Positions 32,109 to 42,696 of a DNA stretch of 64,000 nt are shown piece by piece. This stretch comes from an uncultured virus (IMG/VR IMGVR_UViG_3300031841_005656) (lineage: Duplodnaviria; Heunggongvirae; Uroviricota; Caudoviricetes). Positions within the stretch are counted from its first letter, which is position 1. Every line of letters starts with the position of its first letter. The DNA is taken from the IMG/VR virus record IMGVR_UViG_3300031841_005656. One strand, written 5' to 3'. The translations under genes and the position numbers were made by a program. The notes below the pieces were generated by a model. The model ran no database searches. It had not been told where the DNA came from and saw nothing but the letters and a program-made list of their open reading frames with translations.

Positions 32109-33212
32109 TTATTTGACAATAAAATTGCACTTTTCAAGGACGTAGTTCGGTCCTTGATATTTTTTTAAATTTATAACAGAAGAAAAATACCTTTCGTACG
32201 TGGCCATGATATCAGAAATCGCAAAATTATCTTCCGCATGTTTTCTGCAATCTTGAGGTCGAATTTGAGCACTTTGATTAACAGCATGCACAAACTCATT
32301 TAAAGACCTGCATCTGAATCCGGTTTTTCTGTGAATGTTGTACTCAGACATTCCACCCCAATCTGTAGAAATTACTGGAGTGCCAGAGATGAAAGATTCT
32401 ATCATAGTCCATCCGCAAGGCTCAGAATATAAACTTGGCATTATCAAACATCTAGCTTTTGCCAAAAAATTTTTTCTTTCATCAAAACTAACAGTGTGAA
32501 TATATTCGGCTCTTGGATTATCTTTAGCCAGACTGTTTTTCATATTTTGTGGGCCAACAAATTTTATTGGTAATTTTAATATTTTTGAAACTTCTTGGGC
32601 CAGAATTATACCTTTAGCATCTACCATTCTGCCTAGAAAAAGCATATAGTCATTTTTTTGTTTTTCGTAAATAAAGTCGTCAAAGTAGAAGCCCGGAGGT
32701 ATGACAGCGTCACCAAAAGATGGTATATTGTTTTTATATAACTGATGTTGTAACTTATGCAATTGAGCATAACTTTCAAATACTTTGAATGGAGCAAATC
32801 CAGAATCATATCCTACGCTTGGCTCAACTATTATAAAGTCTTTCAATTGATTGCAGCAGTTAGCATGTCCAAAACCCCAAAAAGCTAAAACTAGATCGCT
32901 CTCGCTTTGCTTGTTTTTTTGAATTAATTTGGAAGCATTTTTATTAAATTCATTATGAACTTCGTTATCAACATTTTGGTTGTGAAATTCTTTCCAGCTT
33001 TGTTTACCGTAAACTTTGTTGTAAGTGTTCCTTGAGACTACATCAAAATGTTTTGTACAATTTACGTCTGAATCAGGATGCCCGTAATGAAATACCGTAT
33101 GACCTCTTTTTGTCATTTCGGTGCAAAATTTATAAACTTTTTGCGTGAATGCACAAAGTGTTATTTCTTTTCGTGTAGGGTAAATTGGAACTGACAGAAC
33201 ATGGAAAATCAT
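32109..33212 (-). CDS. GT-B glycosyltransferase (GT4-like)
   Basis: LFLGR....KG..A, PSLYSEPCG..MIES...GTPVI.TD.G. Confidence 0.85.
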   Translation of the reverse strand: MIFHVLSVPIYPTRKEITLCAFTQKVYKFCTEMTKRGHTVFHYGHPDSDVNCTKHFDVVSRNTYNKVYGKQSWKEFHNQNVDNEVHNEFNKNASKLIQKNKQSESDLVLAFWGFGHANCCNQLKDFIIVEPSVGYDSGFAPFKVFESYAQLHKLQHQLYKNNIPSFGDAVIPPGFYFDDFIYEKQKNDYMLFLGRMVDAKGIILAQEVSKILKLPIKFVGPQNMKNSLAKDNPRAEYIHTVSFDERKNFLAKARCLIMPSLYSEPCGWTMIESFISGTPVISTDWGGMSEYNIHRKTGFRCRSLNEFVHAVNQSAQIRPQDCRKHAEDNFAISDIMATYERYFSSVINLKKYQGPNYVLEKCNFIVK

Positions 33213-33266
33213 ATCTTCTTTATATTTTAAAAGGTATTTTACCTAAGTCAAGTGTAATATTATGTA

Positions 33267-33989
33267 ATGAGCAGACGGAAGAAGTCTTCAGCGTCGGAAA
33301 AGATAATAGCATTAAATGAAAATAAGTACAAGCTTTATCTGAAAAATTTTGAGTTAACAAAAAAGCAACATGAGTTCTTAAAAATAGCTTTTGATAAAAA
33401 TACAAAAATAATTTTTGTTTCAGGACCAGCAGGGTCTTCGAAAACTTTTGTTTCTATTTATGCGGCTTTACAGCTTTTTAACATGAATATGAACCAAGAT
33501 GTTTTTTATGTTAGAACAATAGCAGAAAGTGGAGAAAAGAATTTAGGCAGCTTGCCGGGAGATGTAGATGAAAAATTTCATCCTTTCATGATGCCGCTTC
33601 AAGATAAACTTGAAGAGCTTTTGGAAAAAGATCAAATAAAAATGCTAATAGAGGAAAATATTATACAGTGCGCCCCAATAAATTATTTAAGGGGTGCTAG
33701 CTGGGCTAATAAACTGATTATCGCAGATGAGTCTCAAAACTTTACAAGAAAAGAGTTGATAACCTTGATAACAAGGATAGGTGAAAATTCCAAGTACTTC
33801 ATATGCGGTGACCCGATGCAATCTGACATAAATGGAAAAACTGGATTTGCTCCGATTATGGAAATATTTGACAATGAAGAATCTAAAGAGCAAGGAATCT
33901 ACACTTTTCGTTTTACAGACGAGGATATTGTTCGCAGCGAAATATTAAAATTTATTGTAAATAAATTAGAAAATAACCTACAAAAATAA
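33267..33989 (+). CDS. phoH: PhoH-family ATPase
   Basis: GPAGSSKT, LGSLPG, P+.YLRG, ADESQN, TRIGE.SK..ICGDP.QSD, DIVRS. Confidence 0.95.
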   Translation: MSRRKKSSASEKIIALNENKYKLYLKNFELTKKQHEFLKIAFDKNTKIIFVSGPAGSSKTFVSIYAALQLFNMNMNQDVFYVRTIAESGEKNLGSLPGDVDEKFHPFMMPLQDKLEELLEKDQIKMLIEENIIQCAPINYLRGASWANKLIIADESQNFTRKELITLITRIGENSKYFICGDPMQSDINGKTGFAPIMEIFDNEESKEQGIYTFRFTDEDIVRSEILKFIVNKLENNLQK

Positions 33990-33999
33990 AATATAAAAA

Positions 34000-34392
34000 A
34001 TGGCTAGTATATTTTGTCCAGAGTGTGGAGCTAAAAATCACTTCACTTTAAAGAAGCCGAACTTTTGTCAAAGTTGCGGTGAGACTTTTTCGGCATTTGG
34101 AATGGCTAAAGGCTCAACAGTAAAATCTGAGTCTTCTGCCAGTTCACGAGACGAGGATTCCGTGCCTAACATTTCAAAATTAGAGTATGAAATCGATTTG
34201 CCAAAAAGTAAAGTTACAATTGAAACTTTGGTAAATAATCCAATTAATCCGGAAGAAATTGCATACAATGCTGAAGCCACTGAGGGGTACAAAAAAATGA
34301 CCAAGGAGGATTTTTTAAAAGTGTCCCAACGCGAATGCGGCAGCTCTCGCGGGAATTACGAGGATGTAGGTGGCAGTGCCGGACAACAATAA
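34000..34392 (+). CDS. double Zn-ribbon protein
   Basis: FCPECG...KPNFCQSCG. Confidence 0.7.
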   Translation: MASIFCPECGAKNHFTLKKPNFCQSCGETFSAFGMAKGSTVKSESSASSRDEDSVPNISKLEYEIDLPKSKVTIETLVNNPINPEEIAYNAEATEGYKKMTKEDFLKVSQRECGSSRGNYEDVGGSAGQQ

Positions 34393-35092
34393 ACAAACGT
34401 ACGAAGATAAATTTGAGGTAATTGATAACGAGATTAGAAAGCGATACTACAAGTGGCATTTACATGCTCTCGCTTGGTTAGATTTCGACGACGTATCGCA
34501 AATTATCAGAGCTCACATTTATAACAAATGGGATCAATGGGACCAGTCTAGACCTATAGAGCCGTGGGTCAACAAAATTATATCCAACCAGCTCAAAAAT
34601 ATTTTACGTAATAATTATTCTAATTTTGCAAGGCCTTGCGTTAGCTGTAAACACAACCAATCAAAAGAACAAGCCGCGGGCCAAGTCTCTAATTTATGCT
34701 CTCTGACATCTAGCGGATTGCAATCCGACGAATGTCCAGATTACGCAAAGTGGTATAAAACTAGAAAACAGGCTTATGATATAAAGATACCAGTTTCACT
34801 CGAAACTAATGATTTCGATCGCCACACTTCGCCGGAAGATCATTATAAAATTGACAAAGCTGTAAATCATATGCATCTGAAAATGAGGCAGTATTTGAAT
34901 GATAGGCATTACATAATTTATAAAATGTTATTTATAGATTATATTGATGAAGAACTGGTTGCCAAAGTTTTAGGTTACAAAAGTAACGAAAAAGGCAGGA
35001 AAGCCGGTTACAAACAAATCAAAAATCTTAAAAATTTTTACAAGAAAATAGCTAAAAGAATTTGCCTTGAAACAGATATATTTTTCGAATGA
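34370..35092 (+). CDS. phage sigma70-family (ECF-like) sigma factor with Cys4 insertion
   Basis: Region 2-like FDDVSQIIRAHIYNKWDQWDQSRPIEPWVNKIISNQLKNILR; CVSC...C...C; VSLE; region 4-like LND.HY.IY.MLF.....EE.VAK.LG. Confidence 0.7.
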   Translation: MAVPDNNKQTYEDKFEVIDNEIRKRYYKWHLHALAWLDFDDVSQIIRAHIYNKWDQWDQSRPIEPWVNKIISNQLKNILRNNYSNFARPCVSCKHNQSKEQAAGQVSNLCSLTSSGLQSDECPDYAKWYKTRKQAYDIKIPVSLETNDFDRHTSPEDHYKIDKAVNHMHLKMRQYLNDRHYIIYKMLFIDYIDEELVAKVLGYKSNEKGRKAGYKQIKNLKNFYKKIAKRICLETDIFFE

Positions 35093-36159
35093 AGCAGTAT
35101 ACCTTAACAGACGAAGAAAAAAAGCGTAGCTTAGAATTATTTCAAGAGCTAGATGGAGATTTAAGCGAAGCCACTAAAAAATTATTCAAAGACGAAAATG
35201 AAAAAGGCAGCACTGTTAGAGGTAGGGCTCTGCGAAAGTATTGGGTCGAAAAAGGGCTGAGCTACAGAACAAAAGTTAAAAAAAGAGTTGTTAAACATTT
35301 TTTAAATGATGATGAAAAATCTTTTGTAAAGCAGCACTATTGCCCTGAAATGACAAAGCTCGAACTTGGTCAACTGTTGTGGCCAAAAGACGCTGAGAGC
35401 AAAGGCTTTAGTGAGACAGATAAGTTCATCGCTCTTTGCGAATATATCAACAAAGAATTTCCATCCACAACCAATCTTCGTGACGATGCGGCTGGAGAAA
35501 AGTATGTACCGCCCACAATAATTTCAACTGCCATCAAAAGATTGAATAAAGTTGCGTCAAGATCTTTTGAGCCAACCAAGCTAAATGTGCAAGACAAAAA
35601 ATGCGTAGAAAAATTAATCTCTTATCTATGCGCGCCTAGGTTCATGCAAGTTATAAATTCTTACATTACAAAACAGAACCGAGAATTGTTTGAATCAGAA
35701 TATATTAGAAGCACTTGGGACAAGCCTGATTTAACTTCTGATGAACTAAATTTGTATGTTAATGTATGCATGGATTATGTCAATCTAAAAGAGATAGAGC
35801 AGCAGAAGCAAAAATTAAATTTAATGTTCGATGACACTGAGGGTCAAAATGATTTGACCATGAGATTGACCGAGATGTTAAAAACTAAAGCTGAAGAGTA
35901 TAACCAATGCATCAACAGAATCGATAAAATGTTAGCCAAGCTAAATGGCGAAAGAGCAAAGAGGGTTGCAAATCAACAGCAACGCAATGCCTCTATTCTT
36001 TCGTTAGTGCAGTTATTTCAAGATGAAAATGAAAGAAAGCTGATGATCAAAATGGCAGATATGCAAAAGCAAGCGATCAGAAAAGAGGCGGACGAAATAG
36101 AGAAAATGTCCGACTGGAAAGCTAGGGTCTTGGGTATCAGCAAGGAAGATGCGATATAA
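35089..36159 (+). CDS. conserved hypothetical protein with C-terminal coiled coil (position compatible with terminase small subunit)
   Basis: 356 aa, upstream of nuclease and terminase. Confidence 0.55.
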   Translation: MKQYTLTDEEKKRSLELFQELDGDLSEATKKLFKDENEKGSTVRGRALRKYWVEKGLSYRTKVKKRVVKHFLNDDEKSFVKQHYCPEMTKLELGQLLWPKDAESKGFSETDKFIALCEYINKEFPSTTNLRDDAAGEKYVPPTIISTAIKRLNKVASRSFEPTKLNVQDKKCVEKLISYLCAPRFMQVINSYITKQNRELFESEYIRSTWDKPDLTSDELNLYVNVCMDYVNLKEIEQQKQKLNLMFDDTEGQNDLTMRLTEMLKTKAEEYNQCINRIDKMLAKLNGERAKRVANQQQRNASILSLVQLFQDENERKLMIKMADMQKQAIRKEADEIEKMSDWKARVLGISKEDAI

Positions 36160-37115
36160 TGGAAGTGGTGGAGTCCAAAGTTTTTACCTGTGCAGAATGC
36201 GGCAAAGAGTTTGCAAGTAGAGCTTCATTGCACAAACATTTTAAACAGCATGGTTTAAATTTAGCTTCTTACTATACCAAACACTTTCCAAGAAAAAACA
36301 AATTAACAGGTGACCCATTGCCCTTCAAAAGATATGAAGAATATTTTGAACGAGACTTTTCCACCAAGCAGCAATTATTCAAATGGTGCGAAGAGAATTC
36401 TTCAGAAGAAGTCAAAAAATACGCAATGTCACTTCTTGAAAAAAGACATAACAAGAAAAATAGAAAGTATGGCGCGTTTCATTTAGAGACTAAAAATTCT
36501 TTTTTGCCGCCTCTTTCCGTCTACAAAAAGATTTTTGGCAGTTATAATGCGGCTTGCGAAGTTTTAGGCTGCGAACCTTTGTTTGACAAAAACTTGCCTA
36601 AAAATTTTTTTACAGATAAGATTCCTGAAGATCTAAAAATCGCTATAGACACAAGGGAGCAAAAACCTTTGAGTTTTGATTTTTGCCAATCAGAAGTGCT
36701 GAAGTTAGATATAGGGGATTATACTACATTAGGCAAATATTACAATTACACTTTTGTAGATAGAAAATCTGGCAACGATTTGCAAGGGACTTTAAATAAA
36801 CATAACATAGAAAGATTTAGAAGAGAGATACAAAGAGCGCAAGAAATGGATTCCTATTTATTTATTGTGATAGAATCCAATGTAGAAAAGATGATTAAAG
36901 AAAATAAAATTTTTAATCGGCGTAGCAATGTAGATTTCACGCTTAGGCAGATTAAAGATTTATGTCATGATTTTCCTAGGTGTTGCCAATTTGTATTTGT
37001 TGATGACAGAGAAAGTGCTTCAAAATTTATCCCAAGAGTTTTAATGCACGGTAAAAATATTTGGCGTACTGACATGCAATATTTTTGGGACCAAAAAAAA
37101 CATGAGCTGGCATGA
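36159..37115 (+). CDS. C2H2 Zn finger plus ERCC4/XPF-type nuclease
   Basis: CAECGKEF...LHKH...H; IDTREQKP, L..GDY, V.RKS..DL.GTL...RF.RE+.R. Confidence 0.8.
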   Translation: MEVVESKVFTCAECGKEFASRASLHKHFKQHGLNLASYYTKHFPRKNKLTGDPLPFKRYEEYFERDFSTKQQLFKWCEENSSEEVKKYAMSLLEKRHNKKNRKYGAFHLETKNSFLPPLSVYKKIFGSYNAACEVLGCEPLFDKNLPKNFFTDKIPEDLKIAIDTREQKPLSFDFCQSEVLKLDIGDYTTLGKYYNYTFVDRKSGNDLQGTLNKHNIERFRREIQRAQEMDSYLFIVIESNVEKMIKENKIFNRRSNVDFTLRQIKDLCHDFPRCCQFVFVDDRESASKFIPRVLMHGKNIWRTDMQYFWDQKKHELA

Positions 37116-38967
37116 AGGAAATCAAGGCAAGCCTTCGCATCAATTAAGAGATAATGAAGAGCTTTTAAAAGTAGATGGCTTCTTGGAAGAAAAGGAAGCC
37201 AAGCTGGCTCTTTATGAATTTTTACGAAATAACATTACTTTTTCTGCGGACCTTATATTAGGAGTCAAGCTTTTTCCATTTCAGCATATGGCTATCAAGT
37301 CCATGTTTGAAAGAGATTATTTTATGGGCGTATGGAGCCGTGGGATGTCAAAGTCTTTTACAACTGGTATCTATGCAGCTCTTGATGCTGTACTAAATCA
37401 AGGGGTTGAAATTGGAATACTGTCAAAATCTTTCAGGCAGGCCAAAATGATTTTCAAAAAGATTGAAGATATAGCGGTCAAGCCAGAGGCAGGTTTTTTT
37501 AGACAATGTATAACTAAGACTTCAAAAAGTAATGATGAGTGGTTGATGGAAATTGGTTCAAGCAGAATAAGAGCGTTACCTTTGGGTGATGGTGAAAAAC
37601 TGCGTGGCTTTCGTTTTCATAGAATAATTATTGATGAGTTTCTTTTGATGCCAGAACGAATTTACAACGAAGTCATTGTTCCGTTTTTGTCTGTTGTAGA
37701 AAATCCAACTCAAAGAGACGACTTGTACAAATTAGAAAATAGGCTTATAGAGGAGGGTAAAATGACGGAAGATGAAAGGTATGTTTGGCCCAATAATAAA
37801 CTCATAGCTCTTTCTTCTGCGTCTTATAAATTTGAATATTTATATAAGCTCTATACTCAATTTGAAAATTTAATCGTAGCAGAAAAACAAAAAGACAAAG
37901 CTTCTCGTTGTATTATGCAATACAGTTATGATTGCGCTCCGAAGCAACTATATGATGAAAACTTAATTAACCAAGCAAAAGCAACGATGAGCCAATCTCA
38001 GTTTGAAAGAGAATTTGGGGCTATATTTACAGATGATAGTTCTGGTTATTTTAAAACTAGCAAGATGGCGCTGTGCACTATTCCAGATGGAGACTTGCCG
38101 TGCATTGAAGTTCAAGGCGAGCCAGATTCAGAATATATTTTAGCCTTTGACCCATCTTGGTCTCAAACGGAAAGTTCTGACGATTTCGCCATACAAATTT
38201 TGAAATTACATCCAGAACAACAAAAAACAACTCTCGTGCACAGTTATGCATTGTCGGGCACTTCACTCAAGCATCATATAAATTATTTTTTATTTTGTTT
38301 GCAAAACTTTAACGTTGTTGGAGTATGCGGTGACTATAACGGCGGCGTGCAATTTTTACAAGCTTGCAATGAAAGCGAAACTTTCAAAGAAAAAAATATA
38401 AAACTCCAAACGATAGACGTAGGGCTAGATAAACCTGAAGAATATCAAAATGATCTTAAAAAATACAAGAACGAATACAATTCTAAAGAGCATAAGTACG
38501 TCATTTTAAGAAAGCCAACAAGCAATTGGATTAGGCAGGCCAACGAATTGCTGCAGGCAAATTTCGACCATAGGCGTATATATTTTGCAAGTCGGGCCAC
38601 AGACGACTCATATACAAAACAAAAAAACAAAAGCATTCCTATACAAGATATAAAGTTTTTGCGTACCGCGGAAGAAGCGAAGCAAAGCGCCGGAGCTAAA
38701 ATGATTGATTTTATTGAGCACCAGTCAGATATGATAGATTTGACAAAAAATGAGTGCGCTTTAGTTCAGATTACTACAACTTCACAAGGCACTCAAACAT
38801 TTGATTTACCTTCAAATCTTAGAAGGCAAACTGGTCCAGACAAAGCAAGAAAAGACTCTTACTCAGCTTTAGTTTTAGCAAATTGGATGGCCAAAGTCCA
38901 CTTTGACTCTCAGCATGTGCAACAAGAAGATGTTATAGAAACATTCGTTCCTGAGTTTATAATGTAA
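37102..38967 (+). CDS. terL: terminase large subunit
   Basis: L.PFQ, SRGMSKS Walker A, IIIDE Walker B, SSA motif, F.REF.A.F, RNase H-like LAFDPS...DD, KDSYSAL. Confidence 0.9.
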   Translation: MSWHEGNQGKPSHQLRDNEELLKVDGFLEEKEAKLALYEFLRNNITFSADLILGVKLFPFQHMAIKSMFERDYFMGVWSRGMSKSFTTGIYAALDAVLNQGVEIGILSKSFRQAKMIFKKIEDIAVKPEAGFFRQCITKTSKSNDEWLMEIGSSRIRALPLGDGEKLRGFRFHRIIIDEFLLMPERIYNEVIVPFLSVVENPTQRDDLYKLENRLIEEGKMTEDERYVWPNNKLIALSSASYKFEYLYKLYTQFENLIVAEKQKDKASRCIMQYSYDCAPKQLYDENLINQAKATMSQSQFEREFGAIFTDDSSGYFKTSKMALCTIPDGDLPCIEVQGEPDSEYILAFDPSWSQTESSDDFAIQILKLHPEQQKTTLVHSYALSGTSLKHHINYFLFCLQNFNVVGVCGDYNGGVQFLQACNESETFKEKNIKLQTIDVGLDKPEEYQNDLKKYKNEYNSKEHKYVILRKPTSNWIRQANELLQANFDHRRIYFASRATDDSYTKQKNKSIPIQDIKFLRTAEEAKQSAGAKMIDFIEHQSDMIDLTKNECALVQITTTSQGTQTFDLPSNLRRQTGPDKARKDSYSALVLANWMAKVHFDSQHVQQEDVIETFVPEFIM

Positions 38968-38969
38968 AT

Positions 38970-38992
38970 AAAGTAACTTTCAAAGTCACTTT
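38970..38992. promoter_or_regulatory. tandem AAAGT-N-ACTTT palindromes upstream of the portal gene
   Basis: AAAGTAACTTT-C-AAAGTCACTTT, 9 nt before AAGTGTA (39002). Confidence 0.55.
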
Positions 38993-39018
38993 AATAACTT
39001 TAAGTGTAATTTTTAAAT

Positions 39019-41049
39019 ATGGCCGAAAAAAGAAGATATACCAAAAGATCGGATTATTGGAATAAGTTCAAAGAAAAGCATGAAAAATCTTTGGAGAGTA
39101 TGATGCATAGCACGGCTCAAGAAAAATATGAGCCAGAATTGCTCGGTGAGTCGTTCTACAACTACGAGTCAAAAGCTTACGGAAGAGCTAATTCCCCAAG
39201 CTCTACAACCACAACACGTAGAAATAATATTTCAATTGCTCCAAAACTTTTCAAATACAATAATATTAGAGCGGGAATGCTGCCATACGAGTATGGTTTA
39301 GATGGCGTAAATGTTAGAGATGCTATCGAATTGACTCAAAAAGCTTATTGCAATATTGCTGTAGTTAGAAATGCTATAGACATGATGTCAGATTTTGCAA
39401 ACTCTAGTTTGTATTTAGAGGGAGGCAACGCCAAGTCAAGAGCTTTTATTAATGCTTGGCTCAAAAAGATAAAAATTTGGAATTTAAAAGATCAATTTTT
39501 CAGGGAGTTTTATAGAAGCGGCAATGTATTTTTGTATACAGTCGAAGGTAAAATTAATTTAGAAGATTTTGCAAAGGTTAGAAATTTAGGTTTAACTTTA
39601 AAAACTAACAAATTACCCGTCAGATATATCCTTTTAAATCCATACGATATCACAATGAAGCGCTCTACTTCTTTTGACATGGGAGTTTACGCTAAAGTTT
39701 TAAGTGAGTATGAGTTAGAGAGATTGAAAAATCCAAAAACTGACGAAGATAGAGAATTGTATGATGCATTGGACCCAGAGATCAAAAAAAGAATTAAGAA
39801 TGACTCTTGGAATACAAATGGAGTAAAAATAGATTTAGATCCTAAACGACTGCGTTACGCTTTCTTCAAGAAGCAAGACTATGAGCCATTTGCGGTGCCT
39901 TTTGCTTTTCCAGTTTTAGATGATATTGAATTTAAAATGGAGATGAAAAAGATTGATCAAGCTATTTGCCGCACCATCGAAAACGTAGTCTTAATGATAA
40001 CCATGGGAACTACGCCCGACAAGGGAGGTGTAAATCCAAGGAATATCAGGGCTATGCAAAACTTATTTCAAAATCAAAGTGTTGGTCGCATTTTAGTTAG
40101 CGATTATACGACTAAAGCAGAATTTGTTATACCTGACATACAAAAGGTCATTGGCCCATCAAAATATGAAGTGGTCAATCAAGATATCAAAGAAGGGCTT
40201 CAGAATATTATCTTAAGTCAAGAAAAATTTGCCAGCACAGAAGTTAAAGCTCAGATGTTCTTACAAAGATTAAAGGAATCTAGAGACGCATTTCTTAATA
40301 GCTTTTTGCAGCCTGAAATCAAACAGATTTGCAAAAACTATGGCTTCAAAAATGCACCCGTTGCTAAGTTCGAAACTATCGACCTTCAAGATCAAGCTCA
40401 AATTCAAAGAGTTATCACCAGAATGATGGAGTTGGGCATTTTGCCTCCAAACGAAGGCATAAAGGTTATTGAGACTGGCGTATTTCCTTCAGCCTCAGAA
40501 CTAGAAAAGTCTCAAGAGAAATTTGTCGAAGATAGATTAAAAGGATACTACAATCCTATAGTTGGAGGAGCACCTGTACCAATGACTTTTGAAGAAGAAG
40601 AGCAAATTGAAGAAATTAAACATCCTCAAGGCGCGGCTCAAGTTGCCAATAACAATAGAGCTAGAAGTGCTTCCAATCCGGGCAGACCAGCAGGATCAAG
40701 ATCAACTGCCAAATCCAAAGAAACATATTCTGTTTCTGCCATTAAGGATACGGCAGATATTACAAATCAACTTTATGTAACTTTGACAAGCGAAGCTAAA
40801 AAAGTATTTAAAAAGAAAAGATTGAGCAAAGTTCAAAAACAAATGCTAGAAAGAGTATGCGAATCTGTAGTTGTAGCTAAAGATAAAAAAGATTGGGTGG
40901 ATACCGGCAAAGCCTGCATTAAAAATCCAGATAAAATCTTATCTCTAAAACCGTTGCCTGCCGTATTGGAAATCAGTGCAAAACATGAGCTAGATGATTA
41001 CGCTGCAGCGATTTTGCATCACAGTAGAAAAAATTCTCTGGATAAATAA
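39019..41049 (+). CDS. portal protein
   Basis: Position after terL; AY...AVVRNAID.M.DF, FFREFY.SGNVF, portal-like length. Confidence 0.75.
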   Translation: MAEKRRYTKRSDYWNKFKEKHEKSLESMMHSTAQEKYEPELLGESFYNYESKAYGRANSPSSTTTTRRNNISIAPKLFKYNNIRAGMLPYEYGLDGVNVRDAIELTQKAYCNIAVVRNAIDMMSDFANSSLYLEGGNAKSRAFINAWLKKIKIWNLKDQFFREFYRSGNVFLYTVEGKINLEDFAKVRNLGLTLKTNKLPVRYILLNPYDITMKRSTSFDMGVYAKVLSEYELERLKNPKTDEDRELYDALDPEIKKRIKNDSWNTNGVKIDLDPKRLRYAFFKKQDYEPFAVPFAFPVLDDIEFKMEMKKIDQAICRTIENVVLMITMGTTPDKGGVNPRNIRAMQNLFQNQSVGRILVSDYTTKAEFVIPDIQKVIGPSKYEVVNQDIKEGLQNIILSQEKFASTEVKAQMFLQRLKESRDAFLNSFLQPEIKQICKNYGFKNAPVAKFETIDLQDQAQIQRVITRMMELGILPPNEGIKVIETGVFPSASELEKSQEKFVEDRLKGYYNPIVGGAPVPMTFEEEEQIEEIKHPQGAAQVANNNRARSASNPGRPAGSRSTAKSKETYSVSAIKDTADITNQLYVTLTSEAKKVFKKKRLSKVQKQMLERVCESVVVAKDKKDWVDTGKACIKNPDKILSLKPLPAVLEISAKHELDDYAAAILHHSRKNSLDK

Positions 41050-41072
41050 TTAGGTGTAACATTTTATATAAA

Positions 41073-42683
41073 ATGCCAAAGAATATGAAAAATACATCAT
41101 GTAAGTATACCACAACTTATGACTGTGAGGTGTACGCAACTACCGATTTAGAAAATGATTTAAATATCAGCCGAGCTTCTTTGGAAAACTTAAAGCCGCT
41201 TATCCCTAAATCAATAGACCTAGAAAGGAACATCGATTTGGTCGGAGCCGCATTTAATGCCGCAGTAGTCAACAAGTTTAATAAAAATGGAGACGGAATT
41301 AATTCTGAAACCGCAGTGGACTTGATTGACTATTTTGTAAACAAACCCACCAACATCGAACACAAAAAGCAAAAAGTGGTTGGCCACATTGTAAATGCCG
41401 GTTTTACAGACCTTAACAACGAAAAAATTATTGGAAATGCTGCGGCGTTATCTAACAACGGGCCATATTATATTTCCCTTGCAGCCGTAATTTACAAAAC
41501 AGTAAACAAAGATTTTGCGGATATATTGCTAAAGTCTAGCGATGAAGAAAGCGACTACTTTAAAAAAATCTCCGCCAGTTGGGAGTTAGGATTTAATGAC
41601 TTCGTTTTGGCGGTTGGATCTAAAGATTTAAACGATGCCGAGATTATATCAAACCCTAATCATATTGAAGAAATGAAGCATTATTTAAAAGCTTTTGATG
41701 GAAATGGGGCTTTAAATGATGGAACTCCTATTTATCGTTTAGTTGTTGGAGATGTTTATCCTTTAGGAATTGGATTCACTACAAATCCAGCTGCAGATGT
41801 TAGCGGTTTGATAGTCGAAAAGAACATCAACCTAGACGTCAAAGATAAAAGAGACGCATCAGTAGAAAAAAATAATTTTAAAAATAATTTTAAAAATAAT
41901 ATTTTAAAAATTTCACAAAGTGAAATAACTAATGTAAAAAATACTAATACTATGGATATTACAGAGTTCAAAACCGAGTTCGAGAAGGTCCTCGATTCGA
42001 AGTTAGCGGACAATGCTGAATTCACTCAGGAAGCCGTAGCTACTATCACTTCTCACGTGGTCGAAAAGATTCGCGAGAAGGATCAGGAGTATAAGGCTGA
42101 AAGAGAGGCTATTGAGGCTGAAAAGGCTCAAGCCGAGAAGGATGCAGTTGAAGCTAAAGCTTCCATGGAAGATCTTCAGAAAAAGTTGGAAGAAGCAAAT
42201 GAGAAAATTGATTCTTTAGAGTCTTCCATCAACGCTGCTGCTGCAGAACAATTATTCAATAGTCGCATGGAAGCTATCGATGAGCTTTACGACCTTTCCG
42301 ATCAAGACCGCACGGTTTTGGCGAATGAGGTTAAAAGTTTAGAAGCTTCTGACGAGGCTTTTGAATCGTATCAGGGCAAATTGTCTTCTCTTCTTCATCA
42401 TAAGAGCAAAGCTTTTAAATTGGAGCAGGAAAAACAGTTTGAGGCAAAGGTTCAGGAAGAGCTTGAGAAACGCTTGGCTTCCGCTTCTACAGAAGAAGCG
42501 GTTGCTAACGTGACTGAAGAGGCTGTTGCTGAAGCCGATGAAAGTGTTGAAGAAGTAGTTGAAAATGTTGAAGTCCCGCACTCCAGCATGGCCAACAACA
42601 ATGAGGCTTCGTCAACTGAAGAGTCTTTATCTGACCAGTTCAAAAAGGCTTTTAACACCGAAAATATTTCAATAACCTATTAA
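41073..42683 (+). CDS. prohead protease fused to acidic coiled-coil scaffold
   Basis: N.NGD, F..KP.N.EH....VG.I, SASWE, G.G.T.NPA; long E/A-rich C-terminus. Confidence 0.7.
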   Translation: MPKNMKNTSCKYTTTYDCEVYATTDLENDLNISRASLENLKPLIPKSIDLERNIDLVGAAFNAAVVNKFNKNGDGINSETAVDLIDYFVNKPTNIEHKKQKVVGHIVNAGFTDLNNEKIIGNAAALSNNGPYYISLAAVIYKTVNKDFADILLKSSDEESDYFKKISASWELGFNDFVLAVGSKDLNDAEIISNPNHIEEMKHYLKAFDGNGALNDGTPIYRLVVGDVYPLGIGFTTNPAADVSGLIVEKNINLDVKDKRDASVEKNNFKNNFKNNILKISQSEITNVKNTNTMDITEFKTEFEKVLDSKLADNAEFTQEAVATITSHVVEKIREKDQEYKAEREAIEAEKAQAEKDAVEAKASMEDLQKKLEEANEKIDSLESSINAAAAEQLFNSRMEAIDELYDLSDQDRTVLANEVKSLEASDEAFESYQGKLSSLLHHKSKAFKLEQEKQFEAKVQEELEKRLASASTEEAVANVTEEAVAEADESVEEVVENVEVPHSSMANNNEASSTEESLSDQFKKAFNTENISITY

Positions 42684-42696
42684 AAATTAAAACATT

